Shown: positions 1 through 13,101, counted from the first letter of the stretch. The stretch: DNA of 64,000 bases from Calcarisporiella thermophila CBS 279.70 (GCF_041956535.1 NW_027192213.1:323926-387925); one strand, 5' to 3'. Notes: generated by a model from the letters alone, not told the origin. Translations and numbers: made by a program.

Positions 1-689
1 GGATATAATTGGTCATTGCTGGTAACCTGGTGTTAGGTGCCTTGGCAGATTGGTAGAGCGAGCTACTTTACGGTGCTGCCCTTAAGAAATGCAGACAAAT
101 GAGTTTTTGAGTTAGCTTAAGTTATTTATGTAGTTATGTTTTATCTCCCATTCAATTATACTTTTCGGTTCTCAAACATATTTTTAATTTTCTCAGAATC
201 TAAAAAGCAAGTAATTTTGAAACCGAATTTTAATGCTGAGTTTGGAAATCGAAACACCATTTTTTAATATTTCCTAAAATAAGTAGATGTCAATTGCAAT
301 CATAATTGCATATTATTATACTTACTAGCTCTAGCAGTATTCTACTTTCATATCTATAATCTCACCGATTTCCACTTGTATTGAATACACCTCTTTGTAA
401 AGGAGATATAGTAAAGGCGTAGAAATTTTACGGTTTACACAATCTTTATACATGTAAGCAACAATTGTCACAGCAATATGTCTGATTTCAATTACATGAA
501 TATTATATGCAGTTACGGGACATTCCACTTTCAACCAGTGTATATTGAATTTTTTTTTGGATATTACGCTTCTTGTTTCTTTTCTCTGATTTATTACTTT
601 CAATCAGGCTGCCTATAAATATTAAAAAAAAATTGGACACACATAGAATCTGAAATAATAGATAACAAGATATGATTAGAGTAGTTCAC

Positions 690-3190
690 TTATAATTTGG
701 ATTTGCCTTTCACTTTATCTGTCCACAAGCCTATTTCTCCTCGAATCAAAGGCTTTAAATATTTCTCATATCCAATAATGACACCTCGTTCATCGGTCCC
801 AAGTTCTCGATTGGCATTGAGTGGTTCATGTTCAAGCCACTCTACTAGCCGCTCGTATGCACGTCCATCATACGCTCCTAGTGCTGAGTTCAGCAAGAAA
901 TCCTGACAATTGAGCGCATCTACAATCGACACAGCATTGGGTCGAATTTTTCGTAGGCAATCCTTTAGGCCCAAATGAACAAGCTTAGCTTGCTCGGGGC
1001 TAAAATATCCATCTTCTAAAAAGTCTACTAGTGACTGTTCCATCAAATGAAAAGCATAGAGATCTCGGAGATCTGAAAGAACAGCTTTCACGCCGGCTGA
1101 CGTTTTATGATCTAACTCGAGGATCTGATTTGTAAAATTTGATACTAGAAGAAGTTCACAGTGAGCATTGCTAGCACGGAAGCACTCGACATTCAGATCA
1201 TTCCAATCGGCGCCTTCCTTATTTGCTTTCGAGAGTTCGTGGACAAGTCGAGCGGCACGATGTTGAAAAGCATATAGCTGCAGAGTAGGATCATACATTT
1301 CGACAAGTGTGTGCGCATGACATCGTTCACGAGTGAATTCGTGCATATTTTTAAGCACAGATAAATAGGATATGGTTACTTGAGCCGAATCGTTTGAACT
1401 CAAACCTGCATTCAGCTCTCCATTTTCGTTCCTGAAAGCAAAAGTTGCTTTCATCAAATATCGCGCCGTTTGTTGGGTCAGCAAGTAACTATCCCCTTCA
1501 AAAGTTTGCACCGCACGGTATGTCCTCGAGTAGTCTTCGATTCCCGATGCCATGGAATATCCGTGGCCTCCCATGCACTTTCGGGCCTCTTCAATAGCCT
1601 GCGATGTTTTGAGGGAGGTATAGCTTTTAAGTCCAGAGCTATACGCATGCACATCAGCGAGCATCCTGAATTCTTTGCGATCTATTTCTTCATTTAGTTT
1701 GATGAACATTGATCGCATCCAAAAACTAGTGAACATGAAGGCAAAAGTTTGTGCCAGAAGAGGGAACAGCCTATATTGCTGCATGCTATAGTCAAGCACA
1801 GAAGGTTCAATATCGGACGTTTGCCTTGCTGTCCCCTGCCTCCTGACGGCGGAATATCGAATAGATATTGTGACTGCACGAGAGAGTGAATATGCCGCCG
1901 CCTGAACAAAAAACAATATATGAAACAATGAATAGGAAATTTTAATGAATTGTTTGAATTGAATGGGAAAAAAAATTAAAGACACTAGGGATCTACCTGT
2001 ACAATTCTAATACGGCTGCTCGTCATCGTTCCGTATTTAAGTTTGGAGTGAGGAGGCTTCATATAGACTCCATCCCTCGAAACTTTGGAGTATCTCATGA
2101 GCATATAATCACGTGGGATACGATGGTTGCAAAATCTGGCAAAGCCGTTATCTATTCTCATCATACCCACCTAAGGTATAATCAGTCAGAATGACATAGT
2201 CAAAATTATTACAAATTCAAAAGTTGCACTACCTTTGGGCCAATATCTAATAGTTCCACAGTAGGAAGTACAGTGTGGTCTTCTAAGGACCGAAGTGGAA
2301 CCATGAATGGGTGTATGCCATAGTCATTGTTATCAATGATCAATCTGAACAAGCCGATGGCATGCGTCGCAGTTTTTGCCATTGATCCAATCCAAAACTT
2401 CGCAGACTAGAGTGCAGATGTGAGAAATCAAGCGAATATATATCTTTTCTATAAAAAATATCCGGCAAACATACAGAAAGGGTAGGAGAATTGATCACCC
2501 ATTCATCGGTCGTCTTATCTAGAGTCGCCGTGGTTTCCAAGCGTGAAATATTAGAGCCATGACCTAATTCAGTCTGTGCATAACTAAATGATTGAAAGCA
2601 AAGCTTTATGAATATGTACATAGAATTTGATTGGAAGTATAGACAGAGTACCAGCCAATTATTTTGTAGTTAAGTGCGTCCTCTAGCCACCCGTACTTTT
2701 CGAGCTGTTCTTCACTTGCCTGGGACTGAATAGTAGGAAGAAACATATTTTCATGCATCGATATCTAGAATGGAAAAGAGTTTTAAGTCGAACAGAGAAT
2801 CCTTTTAGGTAAAAGGAGTTACGGGAATATGGCCATCGATATAGGTTTTCATTATTAAGCATTCTTCCTCGGATAAACCATACTTGGCACGTAGTTCAAC
2901 ATATCGTTTCGAAATTGCCAGACCTCGCTGGAAGAGCTAGACCACGGAAACAACGCTATTTAGCTTAACCTCAATAGAACTGAACTCTCAAGTATACTAA
3001 CCTCCAATCTATTTAGGAAATATAAATCTTTCTTGTCAAAAATGGGGTCATTCGCAACGAGGTCATGAATCCGTTGCATGAGCTCCCATCTCTTGCGTCC
3101 ACCGTGAAATAATTCAGAAAGCTCCTGAACATTAAATGTAGCCCTTTTCCTCTCATTCTCCAAGTCCAAATGTTGATTTTGTGGCAGCAT
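690..3190 (-). CDS. POX1: Peroxisomal acyl-CoA oxidase (multi-exon)
   Basis: Exons carry ACOX motifs: [52 protein letters not shown] (catalytic Glu) and [14 protein letters not shown]. The protein ends in the PTS1 tripeptide SKL. Introns are canonical GT-AG. Confidence 0.95.
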
Positions 3191-3587
3191 TATTGCGAAC
3201 TCTTAAATGAGAAAAATGAAGAGCAAAATATCTCGCCATGTGAAATCTTGGTATTTTGTGGAGTAAGACTTAAATTTAATTCATGACGACTTAGGGTAGG
3301 TTTTCGACTTGCGGCTGTTTTTAATTATTTATCTGCAGATTTTTTATAATACCCATACTACTCCATCTCATCCTCTTAGTAAATCTCGAGGGAGATTGCC
3401 TTTGTCTGTTCTCCTTGGCAATCCTCCCCCTCTTTTTATATTTTTGGTGAAATATCCCATATCTATACACACTATTTCTATAAAGATATCCCTGTCATTT
3501 TTACAAGTTCTGATTTCTATATTCACTCCTTATATAAGTTTATATAATCTTGGCCTACCTCATACAAGAGGATCCTACATACATTAG

Positions 3588-6500
3588 ATGTCACAAAGAA
3601 AATTTTCGACTGCTCATCGCCCCTCTATGGGCCGTAAGCGCAATCAACAGCAAGCAGCAAAGAATGATCCACAACCATCCTCGACACCAGCATCAATAAT
3701 ACTCCCGACCATCAAATTGCCAAACGGCATAGAAGCAGTCATCCTCGCACAAGACGAGAAAGAGCGAGTGTTAGAGGAGATGGCTAAACATGAACGTACA
3801 GAGGTATTACACTACCATTTATTGCCATTTAAATTATTTCCTCCAATTATTAATGTTTTATCGACAATTTATAGCTACTGCTCCAACGTTCCCTTTCTTG
3901 TTCCAGAGATGCATATGATTTCCCTATCCTGGAACCGGGAATGCCTCCAGTAGTTAAACTCCCTCATCCCGATTCGCTTCCTTCCATCCCTCTACATAGC
4001 ATTGGCGAAGAAACGGAGGAAAGTGTAAGAGAGAGTGAAGACGAAGAATTTAGTGTATCCGAAGATGAAGCCGATGTGGTTACTGAGAGCGAGTACAGCA
4101 AGGAAGAGTCTGTATATTCAGATGAGAACGAAGAGCAGAGTGTGAATGAGAGCGAAATTGGTGATGATTATAGCTTTGAGGCTACTGAAGATGAGGATGC
4201 TAATTCCATGGAACTGGAAAACGGTTTCAATGAAAGTGAAGAAGAAAATTCCGAGGACAATGATTACGAGGAAGCTGTGGATAATCAAATGACAGGTGGC
4301 AAACGTAAGACGCTACAGAACAATGAAGATTCGGTGCCTGATAAGCGAATTTATGCCGAGAACGGCGATACTCGAATTCCCTTTGGTTCTGCAGCTAATA
4401 GCAACGATATTCCCAAACCTATGTCAGTTCAGGAAAAACGGAAGAGCACTTTCAACATATTTGCACCTGCCTTCATGCCATCAGGCAAATTCACTTTTAC
4501 ACCTTCACCTAATTACGGCAGCAAAAACGCATCTATATTACAGAAAGATACTTCCATGAAGAGCTCTGATCGAAGCGAAGTGGATACCTCTTCAGCTAAA
4601 AAACGCACAGCTGATAGCTTGGAATCCAATGAGCTTAGTCCTGATAGGCTGGCCCAAAACAATGTGAGGAGTCGAATTTATTTTATCATTGAGCAGCATT
4701 GATTTATTATCTTATTTGCATATTTAGAAGCAAACCTCTAATTCCCCCACCATGGATCTAACGAATTCAGCGTTCAACAATGGCAATCCGCGTAATTTCC
4801 AGCCCTATTTCCAGCATCCTAGTGGTGAGGTAAATACTCGTGGCAATCGCTATTTTATACCCAATCCGGTGGCAGAGACACAGCGCTGGAAGGATTTGGA
4901 GGACCGTCTTGTTACACAACTTGGCAACCGCCTCGAAACTGAAATAGACCGACGCCTCAAGGCGCACCTTGCGCGTATAGCAGTTGAAAATAAGATCGCA
5001 CAAGCAAATTCAGTTGCCGCAAACGACACAAAACTTAACGAAGAAGTACAATCCTTGCGTCAAGCCAAAGCAAAGGTCGAGGCAGAGCTTCTGCTTTTGA
5101 AGACACGAGTCCTTGAGCTTGAATCAGAAAACCGCGAAGCCGAACGCGTAAGGGCAAAAAATATTGAACTAGAGGTAGAAGCCGTAGAATTCAGGTCCAT
5201 CCGTGCCAGAAATCAGGAGCTTGTTGCACGAATTGATGAGCTGGAAGCGCAGATAGCTCATCCAAATGAACTAGAAGAGCACCAGGAAGAAATGGAGCGC
5301 CTACGTACACGGAATCGAGAGCTAGAGAAAGACCAGGATAAGCTCGATAAATTATGCGCTCGTAATTTGTATCTCGAAATTGAAAATGGAGAGCTGCAAG
5401 CGGAATCGAAAGCTCTTGGAGCTCGTGTTGAGGCCCTGGAGCTTGAATTGAGTGCAAACAAGGCCGAACTTGGGAGCCTACGATCACGTAACGAAGAACT
5501 GGAGAATGAAGTGGATAGCCGCCAGGCAGAAGTCGAGCAACATGTTAAGAAAGCTGAGCGTTGGGAGCGAGATATTGCGTCATTAGAGGCTGAGCGTACA
5601 AAAGCGGCTGATGAATCGAAACGTCTTCGCATTGAACTTTCGCTACAGCAAAAAGAATTATCGGAAAAGCTAAATCGGTTCACAGAGCTGGAAATGGAAA
5701 ACATATCACTTAAGGAGCAGCAATCTAAATTGTGCACAGACCTCCAAAAGAAGACCCAGCAGTTGGATGAGCTTGGACTACGATTTGCAGAAGTAGAACA
5801 AGTGTCTCTTCATGATGCCGAAGCAGCGCGCAATGCTCTTCTTCTGCACGAAGAAAGCGAACGCAAAATAACTGCGCTTACAGAGAAAAAGCGCGAGTTG
5901 GAGCGTGAACGCTCTGACCTTGCGGATAGAGAGCGTAAGTTGCTTCACTTATGCGACGAAGTACAACGGCAGTGTGAATGCTTGGAACAACGCGCAGCTG
6001 AGACAGATAAGAATTTAGAGGACGCTATTGCTCGCCTACATCGCCTTGAAACCGAAAAGGCAGCTGTGGAAACCGAGCGCGAGGAGTTGCAAACTAAACA
6101 TGCCGATCTCTTCTCCCGTTTCCAGAAGATGGAGCGGGATAATGCCACCTTGCGTCAGCAGCAACGGGATGATAAGTCTCGTATTGAGGAGTTGTTCCGA
6201 ATGAGACGTGAACTTGAACGTGAAAAATCGGAGCTGGCGGTTCAGCGGAGAGAAGACGCAGCCAAGCTCACCGAAGCACTCCAAAAGTGCTCACGACTGC
6301 AAAACGAGCTTGAGCGGGTTGAATTACAACAGAAGACTGAGGACGCGGAGGAACGCGCGAAATTAGGAAGCGTGGAGCGTGAATTGGATGATTTACGAGC
6401 CCATACCCACGTTCTTGAGACCGAAAATAGCGAACTCCGGAGCCAAACAGTAGAGCTACGCGGGAAGCTGGATAAGACAAAAGAGCAGCTAGTTGAGATA

Positions 6501-7517
6501 ACCAACAAGGTTTCTGATCTGGAATTGGAACGCACTCAATTGGTGCGTGAGAATGCCGAAATCCGTCAAAATCAACACGAATTTGATGTACTTAAACCTC
6601 GCGCGGAAAAGGTTCGCGAACTTGAAAAGGAAGTTGCTCGGCAGAAGGCGAAGGTTACGCTACTTCAAATCGATGTGGATCGACTTGCAAAGGAGAATGA
6701 TGATCTCCGTAATCGGGCCTCCTCCAACCTTTCTGCACCTTCTTCCTCTCGGATCAAAAAAGAAATCCCAAAGGAGAAAAATCTAGAGCAAAACATCCGC
6801 CCCCTCACCCAGAACTTCACTTCGCCCCCCAAATACGATGACGATTATCCTCACGCACAAGGCGAACAAATTTTAAGTGAAAAAATACTTTTGGAAGAAG
6901 ACTGGTGGCCGAAGAAAGACCGAGAGGAGACCTTGCGCCGAATAAAAGAATTAGATTGGTCCGAGGACCCTGAGGAGAAGCAAAGCAGCGATATCGGTGG
7001 TGGGAAGTGGCATTCCCTGGTCGGCGGCACTAAGACTTCCTCTATCATGAAGTCAATTGAGCAATCCTCGTCTGCTGATTCAATGCATGCCGATAAATCT
7101 TTCAAACCCACTACACCTGCGTCTGTGGCACTAGACAGCCTCTCTGCTTCTAAAGGCTCAGAGTCACGCGAGTTGCGCCGGGAGCCACGAACTGGTCGCC
7201 GTGGCCATCGGGCTCAAGAGCGTAAAGCTTTGCGTACAGTCTCATCTCCAGTGGTCCCAGCATCTGAAGTTCAACCTACTCAAGCAGCTCCCCCAAGCCG
7301 AACCATTGAGAAAGAGCAAGTTGGAGCGGATTCTCTTCCATCCCCTCGTTCAGAGCGTGCTTCTCCACGTATTAGACGAGGTGATAGGGAGCCGAAGCTG
7401 CGCAAGAAAAAGAATCCTCGCGCTGCATCGCCTGCTGCACCTGATACAGGTGCTAACCCTTGGTCAAAGTTTGTAGAAGGTGAACGTGAACTGACCACCG
7501 GCACCTGGTGGAGCTAA
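3588..7517 (+). CDS. Large coiled-coil protein of unknown function (~1264 aa, 3 exons: 3588-3803, 3875-4663, 4728-7517)
   Basis: Three ORFs join in frame across GT-AG introns 3804-3874 and 4664-4727. Acidic low-complexity N-terminal part, roughly 600 aa of heptad-rich E/K/R/L sequence, and a disordered tail ending GTWWS. Confidence 0.8.
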
Positions 7518-7894
7518 GTGATGAGTTCAAACATATATTAAAACTGATGTTTTTTTTCCTTCCTTAAATATCATATGTTATTTCCTAGTTCTTTCCTTTT
7601 TTATTTTTACTTTCCTTTGAAATTATGTTATTATACAATTATTTACAAACAATCTATATTCGTTTTTTTTTCCCTCCCCTACTATTTTTATCACTTCCCC
7701 ACGTATAAATAAACATAATACTATTTTTTTTATAGATACCGGTTGCCGATAAAGGTATAGGATATTTAATGGCGGATTTCATCTTTTAAAGAATGCTTTG
7801 TGGCGCAGTCTTCTAACGCAATACTCGAGATTGTTTTGTCCTGCCGCGGTTTGTACATCGATTCGAAATCTATAAAATTTATTCAGATATTAAG

Positions 7895-8565
7895 ATGGCA
7901 TCAGCAGCTTCACAATCGGCATTTCAAAAGTTTTTGAATCATCCCGCAGGTAACACTATTTTTTAAACTATGGTCTAACCTGCATGAAGAGTTTTACTTC
8001 ATTATTAATATGCATCAACTTGACAGGTCCTAAAACGATACATTTTTGGGCACCGGCAATGAAATGGGTATGGGTCTAATGCTTGTTTAATTTTAAACAA
8101 ATGGAGGCTTTTTTGATGTTAAATATGGTCTCTTTTTTTTTGCTAGGCACTTGTTATTGCTGGTATCGGTGACCTGCAACGCCCTGCTGATAAGCTCTCG
8201 CTTACTCAGAGCACTGGTACGCGCTAATTTCCTACTCAACAGATTATTTGTTAGGTGCTCGTCCTTTCAAATTATCCAACTAACTTTATTTAACTTCAGC
8301 TTTAACGGCCACTGGATGTATTTGGGCACGCTATGCTACACAGATTATTCCTGTCAACTACAGTTTGATGACTGTTAATCTTTTTGTGGGAGCAACTGGT
8401 TTCCTACAGTTGGCTAGGATTTTCAAGTAATTCACTCTATATCATTGTTTCCTCGTGTGTTTCTCTGAATCCTATAGCTGACATGTATATATATATATTT
8501 TTTCCAGATACCGTCAGTCCGATGAATACAAGCAGAAGCAGCTAGAAGCTGCCAAAATGGCTTAA
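7895..8565 (+). CDS. MPC2: Mitochondrial pyruvate carrier subunit (MPC2-type), 5 short exons, not in the ORF track
   Basis: Hand-spliced product MASAASQSAFQKFLNHPAG|PKTIHFWAPAMKW|ALVIAGIGDLQRPADKLSLTQST|ALTATGCIWARYATQIIPVNYSLMTVNLFVGATGFLQLARIFK|YRQSDEYKQKQLEAAKMA carries the MPC2 signature HPAGPKTxHFWAP. Confidence 0.93.
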
Positions 8566-8910
8566 TTGCCTCGATGTTTGTGTACCTGTACGGTTCATCC
8601 TCTCGTTTTCCTCCCTCTCCTTGTTCTTCTGAAATATTTTTTATAGTGTTGAGGCTGCTGAGCTGGTGAAATTTTTAGACTTAAATATATATTGAAAATT
8701 GTTTATACAAAAGAATTTTTGCAGAATAGGTATATAAACACGTAAGGATTATTGGAATAGAGAAGAAACGTCTATAGTACTGATAAACCGATAGAAATAA
8801 TGAAAAGAAAAGTCTATAAAATGGAGAGCATATACAGTAAATGTTAGGTGCAAATTGCTCGAGGAACACTTAAAGCAAGAATTTATCCAGAGACGGGCAA
8901 GAGTGCCAAA

Positions 8911-9279
8911 TTAGACATGACTGGGTAAGCCAGGTTGGCGTTGAATGGAGTGCAGTGTACGTCGCTGAAGCTCTGTTCCAGCGTTTTCGATCTGGTATTA
9001 CGCCCAATATATTATTACATTCGTTAAAGTGAGCAATTGTTCATAGTGGCTAATACTTACCGTTCGCAGAGCAAGGGGATACAGGTCCCACACAGGTCCG
9101 CTTAGGTGCGCAAGAGGCCGTGGAACTCCATTCATATTCTCAGTCTGCGACACGCTTACTGCCAGTGGGGGCATTATTCCACCTGCATTGCTTAGGCGGC
9201 GTGAGAGATTAGGGTAAAGATCAACATTTATCTCTCGTGGGGGTACAGTCACGTTAGTGGAATTAAGCTTAACCATCAT
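8911..9279 (-). CDS. Hypothetical 99-aa protein (2 exons: 9279-9061, 8991-8911)
   Basis: Donor GTAAGT at 9060 and acceptor TACCAG at 8992 give a phase-0 join. Splicing completes the second copy of an internal repeat DLYPxxxRxxxNAG. Confidence 0.6.
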
Positions 9280-10407
9280 GAAATGAACAGGAAAGTAGCA
9301 AACACAGAAAGGGCAAAAGAGGTCCCTTTTCTCTTACTCTGTGAAGTCAACGTCACTGGAACTCTATGTGATAGTCACTCTCTCCTTTTTTCACATAATT
9401 TCTATATATATCATCATAACCTAAATAGTCTAGCTCTCTTGTAGATAATACATGCAGCGTGACTACTATATTTGCCACCACTGAAGTTTAGGATACACTA
9501 ATGGCGTGAAAGCAAATTCTATACAGAGTGCTGAAGTCTTACCATGCTACAACAAGTATGGCTCTTCCCACAATGCCTATTTTCAAAAGAGGGCCAGAGT
9601 AAGCATCCATGCTAACCACGCCACCAAGCTAAACCCTAGATTTTGAACATGCATAAAAAATATTCTTAGAAGATTTCACAGCTTCTCTATCATCACCTCA
9701 AGTGACCGAATAAGAAATGTTGATGAGATGCTGCACCTGTGCGAAGTTAGAAAAGTTACTTTATAGCTATGCTAAACGGTGCCGAGGCTTAGAAATGTTT
9801 TGATACTCATAATAAAAAATTATGATACTGCACATCCTCGAAAGTGATCCACGGTGGAGAATTTGGTGATGAAATAAGTTCATCATTGTGTTGAAATATA
9901 AGAATAAATGCCACAAAGGTACAATTGAATTTATCAGATATTATGCTTACCTATTGCCACAAAGAAATTCTTTTTCAGCTTCATGGCAACTCGCAGATTA
10001 TTAATCGTGTTATTTACTTTTTGGTTGGCATGGCATATCTGCTTTTAATTTTCAGGGGTAGATAACTCTATATTGGGACAGAGGATATTGGTCACTCATG
10101 CATTGCATGCAGAATTAGTAAGGATAGAGCTTAGCACAACTGATTCTCTATGAACTCTCGAAGATTTTATCTCAGGAGCTGTAATATAATCATTTTGAGA
10201 ATATAATGGAGTGAAAAGTTTACTAGCAGTGAAAGTCATTCAAAAAGTGTGTGATATAGATTGAAATATCGTAGATGTATAGCCACTTTTCGTTGATATA
10301 TATAATATAGTTACTATAAGAAGAGAAATAAAATCACAGCAGGACAAAAAAAACGCACAAACGAAAAACTGATCAAGATATAAATAATGGAAATGGTGCG
10401 GATGTTA

Positions 10408-11302
10408 CTAATAAGCAGAAGCAGAAACCGCACCAGCTCCGACACCCTTTTCGTGGAGTTCATAGGCTTCACCCGTTCCAGGTGTTTCATGCTGCTCACT
10501 GATCCAGGTAGTGCAATGCTCACACCGAAGTGCAAGCTTGTGGATAGTCTTCATGCAGTATGGGCAATCCTTATCTTCTGGAACTTCTGGCTTAGGCTTA
10601 CGACGAAGGACTTCGATCGCTAAAAGATTAAATTTCAAGGTGAACCACTAGATCCAGGAACACTGGTCACCTAATAATGGCTTACCTTTAACGAAAAAGA
10701 ACACAATCACCGAGACAATGATAAAATTAATGACTACTTGTAAAAATCTGCCGTAAGGAATGACAACTGCGCCGTTTGCCAAGGCTTCTGCCCTGGTATT
10801 ATATTTTTCCTTTGTATTAGTTGCAAATAATTCCTCAAAGTTGCGACCTATCCTCGAACAGGTTAACAAGTTTAACCAAGAGCCTTGATATTTTCATTCA
10901 CAAGAAAAAAAAATTACGTGTTACTAGTCCTAGAATTGGAGTGAATAAATCGTTGACTATCGAATTCACGATGTTTGTAAACGCTGTACCGACGACAACA
11001 CCGACGGCCAAGTCGATGACATTGCCCCTTTAATATATTCAGCTCAAACTTTATTCACCAATAAAAAGCATTTAGAATCTTCTATTAAGGTACCTGTCTA
11101 TGAACTTTCGGTAATCGGACCAGAACCCTCGAGCAGTGTTGACCCCGAGTTTGCCCACTCGATTGACCTGATCGCCAACTCGATTCACTTGATTGCCTAC
11201 AAAACGAGCACCTCCTCCAACGAAACGAGCACTTCCTTCAAGAACACGGTTACTGCGGGAGTGAGTCGATCCTGGGTTTGAGGATATTTCAGAATAAGTC
11301 AT
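10408..11302 (-). CDS. mscL: Large-conductance mechanosensitive channel (MscL family) with C-terminal CxxC...CxxC Zn ribbon, 4 exons
   Basis: Spliced product has [44 protein letters not shown] (S1/TM1), [23 protein letters not shown] (TM2) and [23 protein letters not shown]. Confidence 0.92.
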
Positions 11303-11541
11303 AGGTATGAAGTAGATGGAAATAAGCTAATTAAGTCTAAGGGAGCGAAGCAAGAATGGAATAGGTATTGAAGAGAATAAAAATAAAATCGAAAATAAAT
11401 TTAATGGGTTGAAACCTGAACTCCATTTTTCATTTGACAGCGTATATTATTGGGCTCCCTTGATTTTATTTTTTGGGCTCAGCGGCTTAAAAGTTAGCTC
11501 TTACAAAGTTAATAAAGGACAATCAAAAGATAGGTTTCATA

Positions 11542-12836
11542 ATGACGGCAGCGGGTCCAATAGCAATGGTTCCCACGCTCACCGCAACGGCTCTCCCGTC
11601 TAGAGCTGAGATTAATCTACGTCGTATACTAGCCAGATGCGATCGCCATCTCTCCGAAGATAAACGCGCACTACATGGGCGTGATAAGCTGAAATTTCTG
11701 AATGTAAGATATGGATGCTATCATATCGACATGACTATATAATGACCTCCTGATCTGTTATAGAATATCAAATACATGCGGAAGCTCTTAGTCGAAATCG
11801 GGAAAGATGCCGAAGAACCTATTGATCCTACTGCGATCGCAGAGTATGAGAGAAAAATACAGAATCTTGCAAATATGATTGATGAAGACAAGCTGGTAGA
11901 GCTATTGAAAAAGGATATTTTTACTCCTCTCACATATATAATCGCTAACTCATTTCTCTACTATTTAGATGTCTTCAGTAGAAAAAACACTTTCTCAGGC
12001 GCGTCTAACTCGTCTCGCACATCAGACACAGTGGGAGAAAAATAAAGAAATTGAGCAGGAGGTGCTAATGCAGAGACGAGTAGAAAGAGAATTGAAAGAA
12101 GAATTGTTAAAGGTTAATATTTTTCTAACACAAGGCAAGAGTAAATCTAGGCTCATTGTGGGAATATTCTATCACATAGAATTCAAATCTGGACACACCG
12201 GAGGAAAAGGTCCAATGTGAGGAGGAAAGAGAGGAGGATATTTCAGTTAATGAAAACACCGAGATATCTGATAATAGAACGTTACAAGAAAAGAAAGCCG
12301 GTAAGTAAATATTATTTTGGTGAAGTATATTCAGAAATAGGGATAAGGTTCAATTTGAATTTATTTTATAAGAGCTATTTGCTGAATCCTCTAAAGATGC
12401 AGCTCTAAGAACTAGAAAGTGAGTCTTAACCGCCCTTAAGTTTATGAATTTGTACAAACTTGGCCCACTCATTTCATTTTCTAGGTCATACACTTTTGAC
12501 GCCGAAGGGACTGAAAATATGGAAACAGTTCTCCAACATCACCGCGTCATGCAGGAAGAACTTACCAACGATCTCATCCGTATGGCACAGACGCTCAAGG
12601 CAAACAGTGTCGCTTTTGGAGATATCCTAAAACGCGACGAGAAATTGCTCGAGGATGCGCAGACAGTATTGTCCGCGAATTTAACAACTCTTCAAAAGGA
12701 AAACAAGCGACTTGGACGTTACCGGACTCAGTCGTCTAAAACTACAATGTTTATTTGGGCGGTCATGCTCGCAGTGTGTCTTCTTTGGGCAGTAATGTTT
12801 GTGGTCATCCGTGTTTTGCCAAAAAGCAAAGCCTAA
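11542..12836 (+). CDS. USE1: ER SNARE USE1 (multi-exon)
   Basis: N-terminal EINLRRILARC. SNARE helix QHHRVMQEELTNDLIRMAQTLKANSVAFGDILKRD followed by a C-terminal TM ending IRVLPK. Confidence 0.88.
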
Positions 12837-13101
12837 TGATATCGCATCTAAACATGTAAATAAAATTGTTGTTTTTACTGAGGTCGATTCCTGTATTCCT
12901 GGAGTTTTCGTGAGCGGCCCAAGTTTGAAATGCGCCATTCATAATAAGGAATCGTTTTCGTATTTTTTTTCTAAAAAAACTAGCTAAAATAGGAGGGGGT
13001 AGAGTTCTAATTCAAAACTCCTGTAATCAATTTTTGAGATAACAAGAAAATAAAAAAAGTATCCATAAAATCCCAGGAGAAGAGGAAGCAGCAGAATTAA
13101 T

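Noticed and set aside
36-100. tRNA-like TTGGTAGAGC D-loop pattern
   Set aside because: The D stem does not pair, and there is no T-loop (GTTCRA) or acceptor stem.
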